Source: Longimicrobiales bacterium (lineage in GTDB: Bacteria > Gemmatimonadota > Gemmatimonadetes > Longimicrobiales > Gaopeijiaceae). Taken from it: a stretch of DNA of 64,000 nt. The stretch spans positions 1 to 64,000 of the forward strand of contig CBDFMQ010000002.1 in assembly GCA_965249725.1 (NCBI GenBank), in the 5' to 3' direction. The notes under the pieces are model-generated. The model was not told the origin of the DNA. It worked only from the letters and a program-made list of their open reading frames with translations, and ran no database searches. The position numbers and the translations under genes are program-made. Position 1 is the stretch's first letter, and every line of letters begins with the position of its first letter. Below, piece by piece: positions 9,552 to 19,423 of the stretch.

Positions 9552-9651
9552 ACATAACAAGCGATTGCTGCTGACGCGGTAGGCATCTAGCTCGCGCGCT
9601 ACGCTCGCGGTCACCATCTTTGGCGCGCAGCAGAGTCGCAATCCGTTTGGT
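9552..9651 (+). repeat. Complete integron attC site (100 bp)
   Basis: R'' ACATAAC, spacer AAGCG, L'' ATT(G)CTGC-TG(A)CGCG ... CGCG-CA-GCAGAGT L', spacer, R' GTTTGGT; two unpaired bases at typical positions. Confidence 0.88.
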
Positions 9652-9802
9652 AGAGCGCGAATCAAGAGCCGACTGCTCTGGAAGAGCCGCACAGAGCTCC
9701 AACGATTTCAGGATTAACCGGGAGTAGACCTTGACCGTATGCCCATCTGTGTGGAATGTGACGCCTCGCTCTAGCCATGCTTCCGAGGTACGCTTCGTGC
9801 GC

Positions 9803-11320
9803 ATGTCCCTCATGTTCCTCGCAGCGTTCACCCTCGGCGTTAGCCCAGTCCTCGGCGCGGCACAGGCACAAAAGGCTAGAGTGTTGATTCTGGTCGTAGA
9901 TGGCCTGCGACCGGACTACGTGACCGCCGACCTGATGCCGCGTCTAAACGCGGTTGCCGAAGTAGGCGTTCGCGGCCTTGCGCACCATGCCGTCTTCCCG
10001 ACCGTGACGCGTGTGAACGGCTCGTCGATCTTCACTGGCCACTATCCCGCCGGACACGGACTGCTGGGCAATTCAGTCTACTTCCCGGAGGTGGATTCAT
10101 CGCGAGTCCTGAACATGGGTGTGGCCGAGGACCTGTTGCTGATCGACCAAGCGACGGACGGCGGGCTACTTACCGTTCCCTCACTCGGTGAGCTACTGGG
10201 CGCGCGGGGACTGACGTTCTTCGCGGCTTCGTCAGGGAGTACGGGGTCGGGGATGCTCATGAACCATCGGGGCGCCGGCGGCGGCTTGGTTCACCACTCC
10301 GTTACGATTCCGGACACCCTGGGCCCGGTCGTGCTCCAGGCTCTCGGAATTCTCCCGACGACTCCGGCCGGAGAGTCGTCTGTGCCGCTCGTCGCTCGCG
10401 CGGTAGACGCCGTCCTCCGGATTGGCGTCGACCGAGTCGATGCAGACGTCTTGGCCGCGTGGCTCACCGAGCCGGACGGGACTGCCCACCGCACGGGGGT
10501 GGGCTCGCCGGAAACGGTAGAGGTCCTGAGCCGCGTGGATGCCGAAATTGGCCGGCTCCTCGACGGTCTACGCGAACGCCGGCTTCTCCAATCCACTGAC
10601 ATCCTGGTCACGTCAGACCACGGCTTTGCCAAACGCATCGGGCAGGAGTCGATAACGGGCCTACTTGTGCGGCGCGGGCTCAAGGTGTCCTCCCGTTCGA
10701 CAGACGTTGTGGTGGCCGGCGGTGCCATCCATGTGCGTGAGGGTGGGGCGGAGCGCGTGGGGGCCATCGTCCGATTGCTTCAGGAGACCGATTGGGTCGG
10801 AGCAGTGTTCACTCCCGCCGCGTCGCCGCGCTCGGATGTAGGGACCCATCCCGGGACCGTGGCTTTCTCATCAATTGGCTGGAGTCACGAACGGTCGGCG
10901 GATATCCTGGTAAGTGGCGACTGGAGTGACGCCGTAAATGACTTCGGTTATCCAGGGGCTGTGCTGACTCCCGGGGTAGCCGGTCATGGGAGTTCAAGTC
11001 CGTGGGATATCCTCGCCACTTTCCTTGCATCGGGACCGAGCATCAAGCGCAGCGTGGTCAGCCGGGTTCCGACCGGTAACATCGACATCGTGCCCACGGT
11101 GCTGACACTCATCGGTGCGTCGCTCCCTGTCGATCTGGATGGACGCGTTCTCTTTGAGGTCTTTTCGACCGGTCCGGATCCCGACGAGATCGGAGTGGTA
11201 TCCGACCCGATCACAGTGGTGGCGCTGCTCGAGGGATTGCGGTACCAACTCACTGTCAACCGATCCCGGGTGGGTTCTACGATGTACTTCGACGGGACGT
11301 CTGTCGAGCGGAGGCGCTAG
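9803..11320 (+). CDS. Alkaline phosphatase superfamily / nucleotide pyrophosphatase-phosphodiesterase
   Basis: VVDGLRPD, FPTVTRVN, EPDGTAH, TSDHGF, GHG; signal peptide. Confidence 0.9.
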   Translation: MSLMFLAAFTLGVSPVLGAAQAQKARVLILVVDGLRPDYVTADLMPRLNAVAEVGVRGLAHHAVFPTVTRVNGSSIFTGHYPAGHGLLGNSVYFPEVDSSRVLNMGVAEDLLLIDQATDGGLLTVPSLGELLGARGLTFFAASSGSTGSGMLMNHRGAGGGLVHHSVTIPDTLGPVVLQALGILPTTPAGESSVPLVARAVDAVLRIGVDRVDADVLAAWLTEPDGTAHRTGVGSPETVEVLSRVDAEIGRLLDGLRERRLLQSTDILVTSDHGFAKRIGQESITGLLVRRGLKVSSRSTDVVVAGGAIHVREGGAERVGAIVRLLQETDWVGAVFTPAASPRSDVGTHPGTVAFSSIGWSHERSADILVSGDWSDAVNDFGYPGAVLTPGVAGHGSSSPWDILATFLASGPSIKRSVVSRVPTGNIDIVPTVLTLIGASLPVDLDGRVLFEVFSTGPDPDEIGVVSDPITVVALLEGLRYQLTVNRSRVGSTMYFDGTSVERRR

Positions 11321-11375
11321 GGAGAGCTGTCGCATCCGCCGGTGGGCGGACCTTCTGACCCGAGAGGCAACCAGC

Positions 11376-11396
11376 TCGGTGGGTTCTCGCGGAGAT
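11376..11396 (+). repeat. 21-bp direct repeat, copy 1
   Basis: TCGGTGGGTTCTCGCGGAGAT; 20/21 identical to 14170-14190. Confidence 0.7.
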
Positions 11397-11504
11397 CTGG
11401 CACTACCTAAGGACCGGTGACCGTCTTAATAGCGCTCGAACCGATCCATCCCTCGCCCCGGACCTTCCTTGTGGCGTAACACACCCGAGCCGCATCTTGC
11501 GGCC

Positions 11505-14093
11505 ATGTCCGATTCTGTCACCCGCCTCAATGCCGCCCTCGAAGGCCGCTACGCAATCGAGCGCGAGCTCGGTGAAGGCGGAATGGCCACGGTCTACCTG
11601 GCCGAGGATTTGAAGCACGAGCGGAGTGTCGCGCTAAAGGTCCTCAAGCCTGAGTTGGCCGCCGTCGTCGGTGCCGAGCGCTTCCTCACCGAGATCAAGA
11701 CGACCGCCAACCTCCAGCACCCGAACATCCTCACGCTCTTCGATTCGGGCGAAGCCGATGGATTCCTCTTCTACGTGATGCCGTACGTCGAGGGAGAGAC
11801 GCTCGCGGACCGCCTGGAGCGTGAGAGCCAACTTCCTGTAGATGAGGCCGTCAAGGTTGCCACGGAGGTATCCGACGCCCTCGAAGCCGCGCACGAGCGG
11901 GGCGTGATCCATAGGGACATCAAGCCCGCTAACATCCTCCTCAGCCGCGGCCGTCCTCTCGTAGCCGACTTCGGGATCGCCCTCGCGGTCAGTGCAGCCG
12001 GAGGTGGAAGATTGACCGAGACGGGCCTGAGCCTCGGCACGCCCCACTACATGAGCCCCGAGCAGGCGACTGGCGATCAGGGAGTCGGCCCGGCCACGGA
12101 CATCTACGCGCTCGGATCGGTCCTCTACGAGATGCTGGTCGGAGAGCCGCCCTACACAGGGAGCAACGCTCAGGCGATCCTCGGGAAGATCATCCAGGGC
12201 AAGCCCGTGTCTGCGACGGAAGAGCGTCCCGCAGTCCCGGCGAACGTGGACGCAGCAGTACGCAAGGCACTTGAGAAGCTACCGGCCGATCGATTCAAAT
12301 CGGCAGCGAGCTTCGCGGCGGCGCTCAATGATCCGCACTTCGCCACGACGGCGATAGCCGGGTTGGGGTCAGCCCCTTCGGGGGGGGGATCACGTGCCCG
12401 GGAGATGATGGGGTGGTCGGTTGCCGCCGCCCTGGCACTTGTTGTGGGTTGGCTGGGCCTGCGGCCCGCCCCGACGAGCCTTGTTCCCGTTCCCACAGGC
12501 TTCACTCTGGACTTCATCGGAGATGGCCTCAGGATGGGCGGAGTCCTGGTCTCTCCCGATGGATCGTTGTTCGCCCTGACCACTTTTGACGGGATCCACA
12601 TCCGGCCGGCGGGAGAGGCATCGTATCACCTCCTGCCAAACACCGAGCGGGCCATCTCGCCCGCGTTTTCGCCGGACAGCGAGTGGTTGGTGTTCGTTCG
12701 CGAGGGCGTGTTGGTCAAAGTCGCGGTTGACGGTAGCAGCGAACAAGTACTTGTTCGATCGAACACCCTCATCGCCTCGACTCCAAACTGGGGACACGCC
12801 GGCACCGTTGTGTTCCAGAGCCAGGACCGGTTGTACCGGGTGTCCGACGCGGGAGGCGAACCAGAAGTGATCGACGGCGGCGTCAACGTTCAACGCCCCG
12901 GTATGCTGCCGGATGGGTCTGGAGTGCTCTATTCCACGACCGAGGGGATCATGTTGCTCGAGTTTGACGCCGACTCGGCGCGGCTCGTCGTCCCCGGGGG
13001 AACCGACGCCACGTACCTCGAAACAGGCCACCTCGTATATGGACATGCACTGGAAGGTGGACTGTTTGCCGTGCCTTTCGATCTGGCTAGTCACGCCGTC
13101 ATCGGGAATCCGGTTCCAGTCAGGGACAATGTAGATCAGCTCGGGACAGACGCCTTCTATTCGATCTCCCGGACGGGCACGCTCATCTACACCACCAACC
13201 CGCTGGACGTCGGACAGACGTCGCAACTCCTCCTCCTAGACATGCGTGGCGGTATGGACACGATCCCCTTGTCGCCCCGGGTTTTCAACTGGCCGCGGTT
13301 TTCCCCTGACGGCGAGCGGCTCGCATTCAACACCGGCGCCGGACGGATCGAGCAGCGGACGGTCTATACGTACGACCTCGCTTCGGGTACGACGACGCCG
13401 ATCACTCTTGGAGGTGGTGCGCACGCCGCGGCCTGGTCTCCGGACGGAACGCGAATGGTGTTCTCCTCGGAGCAGGCCGGCACCATCGCGGAAGACCTCT
13501 TTATTACGCCGATCGATGGCAGCTCGCCGCCGACCCGACTCCTCAATCTTCCCAGTGATGACCATGCGCTGGCCTGGCCATCCGAGGACATCATCCTAAT
13601 CAACGCGGCCGGGGCGCAGGATATTCTGATGGTCAGCCCAAACAGCCCGGAACGCGTCACTTCCTACCTGGCCGCTGAGTGGACCGAAACGGAGCTCTCG
13701 GTATCACCGGACGGGACTCTTGCGGCCTACGAGTCTCACGAAGCCGGCCGGCCACAGGTCTACGTGCGCAGCTTCCCCGACGCGCGGGAGGTTCGCCTCG
13801 TCTCCGCAGCCGGTGGTCTCGCCCCCCGCTGGGCACCCGACGGTCAGACCGTGTACTACTGGAGCCTGTCACGGGATACGCTCTTCGCTGTTGGGATGGA
13901 ACCGGGTCAACCGGTGGGCAGCTCGCCCGAGGTGGTTACCGTTCTCCCGCGTTTACTCCCGGGATGGGATGTGAACCCGGTCTCGGGACGAGCGGTCGTG
14001 GAGCAGGCCGTGGAGGACAACGCTGTCGTTACCGCGGAAATCGTGGTCGTGGTGAACTGGTTCGAGGAGTTGAAGGAGCGGATGGGGAACTAA
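11505..14093 (+). CDS. Hanks-type Ser/Thr kinase with TM segment and TolB/PD40 beta-propeller
   Basis: LGEGGMATVY, HRDIKPAN, DFG, YMSPEQ; repeated SPDG; ends VVVNWFEELK. Confidence 0.95.
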   Translation: MSDSVTRLNAALEGRYAIERELGEGGMATVYLAEDLKHERSVALKVLKPELAAVVGAERFLTEIKTTANLQHPNILTLFDSGEADGFLFYVMPYVEGETLADRLERESQLPVDEAVKVATEVSDALEAAHERGVIHRDIKPANILLSRGRPLVADFGIALAVSAAGGGRLTETGLSLGTPHYMSPEQATGDQGVGPATDIYALGSVLYEMLVGEPPYTGSNAQAILGKIIQGKPVSATEERPAVPANVDAAVRKALEKLPADRFKSAASFAAALNDPHFATTAIAGLGSAPSGGGSRAREMMGWSVAAALALVVGWLGLRPAPTSLVPVPTGFTLDFIGDGLRMGGVLVSPDGSLFALTTFDGIHIRPAGEASYHLLPNTERAISPAFSPDSEWLVFVREGVLVKVAVDGSSEQVLVRSNTLIASTPNWGHAGTVVFQSQDRLYRVSDAGGEPEVIDGGVNVQRPGMLPDGSGVLYSTTEGIMLLEFDADSARLVVPGGTDATYLETGHLVYGHALEGGLFAVPFDLASHAVIGNPVPVRDNVDQLGTDAFYSISRTGTLIYTTNPLDVGQTSQLLLLDMRGGMDTIPLSPRVFNWPRFSPDGERLAFNTGAGRIEQRTVYTYDLASGTTTPITLGGGAHAAAWSPDGTRMVFSSEQAGTIAEDLFITPIDGSSPPTRLLNLPSDDHALAWPSEDIILINAAGAQDILMVSPNSPERVTSYLAAEWTETELSVSPDGTLAAYESHEAGRPQVYVRSFPDAREVRLVSAAGGLAPRWAPDGQTVYYWSLSRDTLFAVGMEPGQPVGSSPEVVTVLPRLLPGWDVNPVSGRAVVEQAVEDNAVVTAEIVVVVNWFEELKERMGN

Positions 14094-14125
14094 GGCTGTT
14101 CGGGGAATGATGGGTGGGGCCGGGG

Positions 14126-14160
14126 TCTCTATGTTGCTCTCTATGTTGCTCTCTATGTTG
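14126..14160. repeat. Tandem repeat (TCTCTATGTTGC) x about 3
   Basis: Read directly from sequence. Confidence 0.9.
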
Positions 14161-14169
14161 AAGACGAGA

Positions 14170-14190
14170 TCGGTGGGGTCTCGCGGAGAT
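14170..14190 (+). repeat. 21-bp direct repeat, copy 2
   Basis: TCGGTGGGGTCTCGCGGAGAT. Confidence 0.7.
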
Positions 14191-14198
14191 TCGATCGC

Positions 14199-14340
14199 CT
14201 ACGGCACCGGCCCAAGGTAACGATCTAGCCAGTCGAGAGTTTCTCGTATCAGATCGGGTCTCGGAACGTTGTGACCACCTGGGTAGACCACGTGCTTTTT
14301 GTGCTCGGGCGCCGTGCCCAATAACGCGAAGGTGGTTGGA
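14199..14340 (-). pseudogene. C-terminal remnant of an alpha/beta-hydrolase domain protein
   Basis: FALLGTAPEHKKHVVYPGGH..ETLDWLDRYLGPV resembles a hydrolase C-terminus; no N-terminal part. Confidence 0.65.
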
Positions 14341-14505
14341 ACGATCCCGAGTGCGGGAGTAGTTGTCACACCGCAACTTATACGCGATCGGGCGTGCGAG
14401 GCGTTCTTCTTGGTATGCGATAGCCCTGTGGAGACGCCGGGCGGCCAGTCGGACAACGGCCCGGGACCGGCGGGTATTCCGGGCCCTGGGCCTCAGGTTT
14501 CGCCT

Positions 14506-14946
14506 CTAGGTCGTTTCTTCGCAGTAAATCTTGACCGAATCCATGTCGGATTCGATGGCTTTCTGGACAAAACCCTTGATGAAGGGGTAGACCAGTTTGG
14601 ACATCAATTTGTAGGCCCTGGCGTCCATCGACGCCGTGAGCTTCACGTGATCGGATTCGGGGGCGACCTCAAACAGGGTATCCCAAACCGTCCCGCCGGC
14701 GTCGGCGACCATGCGCACGCGATCGTTCTCGATGTACTCCGTGACCTCCAACTCCGTGGTGGTCTCCTTGCCGCCCATCCGCCGCGTCTCGCGGAATCGA
14801 GTCCCAACCCCGGACTTGACGTCGGAGAGGAACTCGGTGCCGACGATATGCGGAATCGCTTTCGAGAAGTTCTCGATATGCGCTACCGTGTCGAACACTT
14901 TTTCGATGGGCGCGTCGATGGTTCGTACTACGGTGGTCCGCGACAT
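14506..14946 (-). CDS. SRPBCC family protein
   Basis: IDAPIEKVFD..GVGTRFRETR pattern; RBS GGAGGAG. Confidence 0.88.
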   Translation of the reverse strand: MSRTTVVRTIDAPIEKVFDTVAHIENFSKAIPHIVGTEFLSDVKSGVGTRFRETRRMGGKETTTELEVTEYIENDRVRMVADAGGTVWDTLFEVAPESDHVKLTASMDARAYKLMSKLVYPFIKGFVQKAIESDMDSVKIYCEETT

Positions 14947-15227
14947 TTATCTCCTCCGCCTCAGTTGATGATTACTCCTCGGGCTCGCAAGCTGGTTAAC
15001 CGCCCGGTACTTCGACCACAGCTACGTTGATCCATGCCGAACCTAGAGCGAGCGGGCACGCGACGCAGGAGTCTTCGCAGGAAGGTCAACCGAGGAGGTG
15101 CTGACGAACAGCGGCTTACGCGCCATGGCCGCATCCGACTGTAGCACGCCGATTCCTCACCCCGTAGATTCCCGGCTTCACTCCCGCCTCGGTTTCGCCG
15201 GCGGGAGGGTCGAACCGAGGAGGGATC

Positions 15228-16430
15228 ATGGAAGTGCGCCGCACCGTCCGTCCGGCGGGGGATCGCGAGCCATCGGCGACCACCGCAGCCATCCGGCGCT
15301 TCGCCGCCGCCTACTGCATCGCGACAAGCGGCATCCTGGTTGCGGCCGGCACCGTCTCTGCTCAGGTGGCCGCCGATCGGTCGGGCGACGTGCACGTCTC
15401 TGCCCGCCACAGTTTCCGGGTCGTGACCGTGGCCGAAGACCTCGACCACCCGTGGTCAATGGCGTGGCTACCGAGTGGAGAGATGCTCGTTACCAAGCGT
15501 CCCGGCCGCCTTCGGATCATCCGTGACGGTGTGCTCGATCCGGAGCCGATCGTCGGTTGGCCGCCGGTCTACATGGAGCGCGGGCAGGGCGGATTCATGG
15601 ATATCGTGCCGCATCCGGATTTCGCGACGAACCGCCTGCTCTACCTGAGCTATGGCAAACCGAACGAGGACGCCTCGATGGGCACGACGACCGTCGTGCG
15701 GGGGCGTCTGGAAGGAAATCGTGTCGTTGACGTGGAAGAGATCTTCGAGTCGGACGCCTGGTACGACAACAACAACCACTTCTCGGGGCGCATGGCGTTC
15801 GACCACGACGGATACCTGTTCCTGACTGTGGGCGATCGCATGCTGGATCCGGATTTGCTGGCGGATCACCCGGCCCAGGATCTCACCAACCACATGGGCA
15901 CCATCGTCCGGCTACACGATGACGGTCGCGTTCCGGGCGACAACCCTTACGTGGGCCGAGACGATGCCCTGCCGGAGATTTGGAGTTACGGACACCGCAA
16001 CTTGCAGGGCCTCGCCGTGCATCCGGAGACGGGCGACGTCTGGTCGAACGAGCACGGCCCGCGTGGGGGTGACGAGCTCAACCGGATCGTGCCGGGTCGG
16101 AACTATGGCTGGCCGCTCACGTCTCACGGAATCCACTACGACGGCCGGATCATCACGATGGACGAGGAGCGTCAGGGGATCGAAGCCCCACGTTACGTCT
16201 GGGTGCCCTCCATCGGCATCTCGGGTCTCATGTTCTACGCGGGCGATCAGTTCCCCTGGTGGCGCGGCAACGCCTTTGTGGGTGGCATGGTAGGCGCGCA
16301 GCTCGGCCGTGTCTCTCTTTCGGGTACCACCGCCATGAGCGAGGAGACCTTGCTAGGCGATGCGCTGGGTCGCATCCGCGACGTGCGCGAGGGGCCGGAC
16401 GGCGGCCGCCGACCCGGTTTGGGTCGGTGA
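15228..16430 (+). pseudogene. PQQ-dependent sugar dehydrogenase (GSDH/YliI-like), probably C-terminally truncated
   Basis: LDHPWSMAWLP, WSYGHRNLQG, EHGPRGGDELN, GRNYGWP; family-like sequence stops at RIRDVREGPDG. Confidence 0.75.
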
Positions 16431-16549
16431 CGCCGATTCGTCGCTGAAGGCTGACCCTTTCAGATGGTAAGAAGCGTCCTTCGGGGTTGACCGGGTTAAT
16501 CGATCCGAGCATCGTACTACAGTATCCCTATCGATGTAAGAGGTGACAT

Positions 16550-16753
16550 GTGACAGTTGTGACCGTATCGCCGAAGTACCAGGTCGTCATCCCGAAGGAC
16601 GTACGGGATAAGCTCAAGATCAGGCCCGGCCAAAAGGTAGAGGCGTTCGCGATCGGCTCGCGGATCGAATTCGTCCCGGTCGAGCCCATCGAACGGTTTC
16701 GCGGTCGCTACCCGACTCTGCCATCCCTCGAGCGCGAGCCCGACCGTCTGTGA
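16550..16753 (+). CDS. AbrB/MazE-type antitoxin
   Basis: VSPKYQVVIPKDVR..LKIRPGQ; overlaps the PIN gene by 4 nt. Confidence 0.9.
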   Translation: MTVVTVSPKYQVVIPKDVRDKLKIRPGQKVEAFAIGSRIEFVPVEPIERFRGRYPTLPSLEREPDRL

Positions 16754-17124
16754 ACGTCGTCGATTCGAGCGGCTGGATCGAATACCTGTCCGGGGGTGGC
16801 AACGCAGCCTTCTTCCGCAGGCCCATCGAAAGCGACGAACCGCTTCTCGTGCCCTCCCTCAGCCTGTTCGAGGTCTACCGTCATATGCTTCGGCACGTCG
16901 GCCGTGAGGAGGCCCTGAACGTCGTTGCGGCGATGCGGAGTCGTGGAGTCGTCGACCTCGACGATGGCCTGGCGCTCGAGGCCGCCGAACTCAGTATCGA
17001 GACCAAACTGGCGCTTGCGGACAGCATCATCCTGGCGACAGCGTACGCCCATGACGCCGAACTCTGGACCCAAGATTCGGACTTCGAGGGACTGGAAGGT
17101 GTCCGGTACCGTGCCGTAGAGTGA
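16750..17124 (+). CDS. vapC: PIN-domain VapC-family toxin
   Basis: VVDSSGWIEY, LADSIILATA, LWTQDSDF. Confidence 0.9.
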   Translation: MNVVDSSGWIEYLSGGGNAAFFRRPIESDEPLLVPSLSLFEVYRHMLRHVGREEALNVVAAMRSRGVVDLDDGLALEAAELSIETKLALADSIILATAYAHDAELWTQDSDFEGLEGVRYRAVE

Positions 17125-17191
17125 CCTCGCTCAGGTCCGAAAAGTACGCCTCGTCGTCCGTCGAAGCCGAAAGGAAAATAAACTCCGTGCC

Positions 17192-19195
17192 TCAGGCCCC
17201 ACCCACCCTGTTGCGGCTCCGCTCGAGCAGCACCTCCCGCACGGCCCGGTGGGCCTCGTCGATCGCCGCATCGGTGTGGGGCGTAGCCGCCGCGTCCGCG
17301 TTGGCGATGGAGATACGACCGAAGCGCCGCCGTCCGATGACGCAGGGCCGGTCGTCGGGATCGAAGAGCGCCCACTCGATAGGGTCGTTCAGCGTGTCGT
17401 AGCTGTAAGCATACCCATGGGGCCAACGGTTCACGGTGATGGCTTCGATATCCCGGGCGGGGTCGAAGCCGCCGCTCGCAAGCGTACGGCCGATCTGGTC
17501 CCGGATGTTCCGCTCGAAGGTCTCGAAGGACGTGTCGAGAAGGTCCTGACGCCCGATCCGGTGCTGCTCCTTCTTGGGCTTCCCGGGAGCACACGGCGTC
17601 CGGGTCATGTGGAGGACCATGGGCTCCTCCGGCGAGCGGGAAGGGCGGTAGTCCCCGAGTTCGACGGCACGACCGAGGCTCACTCCGGTGTGGTACATCC
17701 CCGGGGCATTCGCACTCCGGATCCCCAGGTTCGTGAAGGCCGTCCACTCCCGGATCAGAACGCTGGTGTAGACGATCGGCATCTTCACCCCGTACGCCAG
17801 CGCCTCCCGCTGCTCCACAGACATCTCCCGGCACAGGTGCGGAATGACCCCGTTGTAGCACGCCATGACCACGTGGTCCGCGCGTACCTTCTCGGCCCGG
17901 CCGCCTCGCACGTAGGTGATCTCCACCTCGTTTGCCGTCTCCGGATCGCCTACGTGCCGGGTGGACACCACGGTGCTGTTCAGCCGGATCCGGGCATCGG
18001 ACCCGTCGCGGTCCAGCCGGTCGTAGGCCAGCCGTGACATGATGGAGTCGTCCAGGGTCGTGCCGGGCAGCGCGTCGGGGATCATGGCGCGCACCAGGAG
18101 CCTGGCCAGAGTAGCGTTCCCGTCTGGAAGGTTCACCGTGGGTCCGCCGTCGAACTCGGTTTCCCGCCCGTGCTGACCACCGCCGATATGCGTGAGCGGG
18201 CCGAGGGGGGAGAAGGGCTCTAGGTCCATGCCCTGGAATCCCGGACTGCCCTCGGCCCACGCATACAGAGCCGGGTAGGCGTCGATCCCCGTGCAAAACA
18301 GCCCCTTGGGCCGGTCGTCGAAGAACGGGATCACGTCCCGATGCACGCCCACCATCTCGAGGAGGAAGTCCTTGTAGCTGATCCTCGCCAGCCGCTCCTT
18401 CTTCTCGCCGTCTGAGAGCCCAGCCATGTGGTCCGGGTGCGAGGCCGCCTCGTCGTGGAGCCAGGCGATGTCCCGCTGCACCTCGGGGGACAAGGGGGTC
18501 CGGGCGAGCCATTCCGTCCAAGCCGCCGCGCTGGCACCAGAAGGGGATCTGCCCGGCTGACCCTTCACGAGCCGGTCCTCGCCGAAGATCTCCTCGGAGA
18601 AGAAGGTGGCGCTCCCCAGGCCGAGCGAGCGATAGAACCGCCCGCTCTCGGCGCTGGCCGCACCAGCCGCCTGCAGGTCGAGGCCGACTGCGCTCAGGAG
18701 AGTCCGAGCCACCGTGCTGTAGTGGTTGATCGACTCGAGGTTGGAGGTCCCACCGTTCAGGAGCAGCGTGCGCCCGGCGTAGGTGAATTCGTTCCGCTTG
18801 GCGTGGCCCCCGAAATCGTCGTGGTTATCGAGAACGAGGACCTTGGCTCCCCGACCTGCGGAGGTCAGGAAGAAGTATGCCGCCGACAGCCCGCTCAGAC
18901 CCGCGCCCACCACCACCAGATCGTAGTGCTCACCAGTGGCGGCCTCGGCACCCATGTCCGCCCATCCTGCACCGTCCCGGAGCCCGTGAGCGACTTCGAA
19001 GGATCCCGGATGGCTGCCACGCATTCCGGTCATGGCCGGAGGATAGTACTCCTGGGGGGTCGAGAGGAGCTCCCTCGGCGAGATCAGGCCGGGAGCGATG
19101 AGTGAGCCCGTAACGGCCACTCCCATCCCGTTGACGAAGTCACGCCTCGTGATGCTCCGATGCATTCCGAGATCGCGATCGCGACCGTTGGACAT
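17192..19195 (-). CDS. Tat-exported FAD oxidoreductase, spermidine dehydrogenase (SpdH)-like
   Basis: ITRRDFVNG Tat motif, VVGAGLSGL, DNHDDFGGHAKRNEF, TVNRWPHGYAY. Confidence 0.85.
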   Translation of the reverse strand: MSNGRDRDLGMHRSITRRDFVNGMGVAVTGSLIAPGLISPRELLSTPQEYYPPAMTGMRGSHPGSFEVAHGLRDGAGWADMGAEAATGEHYDLVVVGAGLSGLSAAYFFLTSAGRGAKVLVLDNHDDFGGHAKRNEFTYAGRTLLLNGGTSNLESINHYSTVARTLLSAVGLDLQAAGAASAESGRFYRSLGLGSATFFSEEIFGEDRLVKGQPGRSPSGASAAAWTEWLARTPLSPEVQRDIAWLHDEAASHPDHMAGLSDGEKKERLARISYKDFLLEMVGVHRDVIPFFDDRPKGLFCTGIDAYPALYAWAEGSPGFQGMDLEPFSPLGPLTHIGGGQHGRETEFDGGPTVNLPDGNATLARLLVRAMIPDALPGTTLDDSIMSRLAYDRLDRDGSDARIRLNSTVVSTRHVGDPETANEVEITYVRGGRAEKVRADHVVMACYNGVIPHLCREMSVEQREALAYGVKMPIVYTSVLIREWTAFTNLGIRSANAPGMYHTGVSLGRAVELGDYRPSRSPEEPMVLHMTRTPCAPGKPKKEQHRIGRQDLLDTSFETFERNIRDQIGRTLASGGFDPARDIEAITVNRWPHGYAYSYDTLNDPIEWALFDPDDRPCVIGRRRFGRISIANADAAATPHTDAAIDEAHRAVREVLLERSRNRVGGA

Positions 19196-19423
19196 GGGGT
19201 TCCCTCCTGAAAAGCGCTCGGCTCGGGCCGACCTGGCAACGTCCTGTGCGCAGGAGTGCATGTCAAACGTAAGGATCGCCTCGCGCCCACTTGCCACGGG
19301 CCATTGACCGGACGGCGGCGGCACGATAGCCATCAAAGATCCCGCCCCGTACACTGCCGGGCCCGTGCTCCAAGAATCGGACACGCCGGCGACTTGAAAT
19401 CTTTCGTTTTTTTGGAGGACGTC

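Noticed and set aside
8208..9554. Alternative IS481 ends TGT(8208)...ACA(9554), which would rebuild GCT|TAAC and put the IS inside the attC R'' box
   Set aside because: These ends are asymmetric relative to the internal repeats (10 vs 14 nt) and give no duplication. The 8216-9542 reading is symmetric with a near 5-bp duplication. Not fully excluded without an empty allele.
11321..11500. A fourth attC after the phosphatase gene
   Set aside because: No RYYYAAC...GTTRRRY pair and no CGCAATCCGTT motif found
16881..18521. Long overlapping ORFs in the track (e.g. 16881-18521, 38613-39773, 42787-43968, 61278-62726)
   Set aside because: Shadow ORFs in GC-rich DNA, overlapping well-supported genes and lacking motifs
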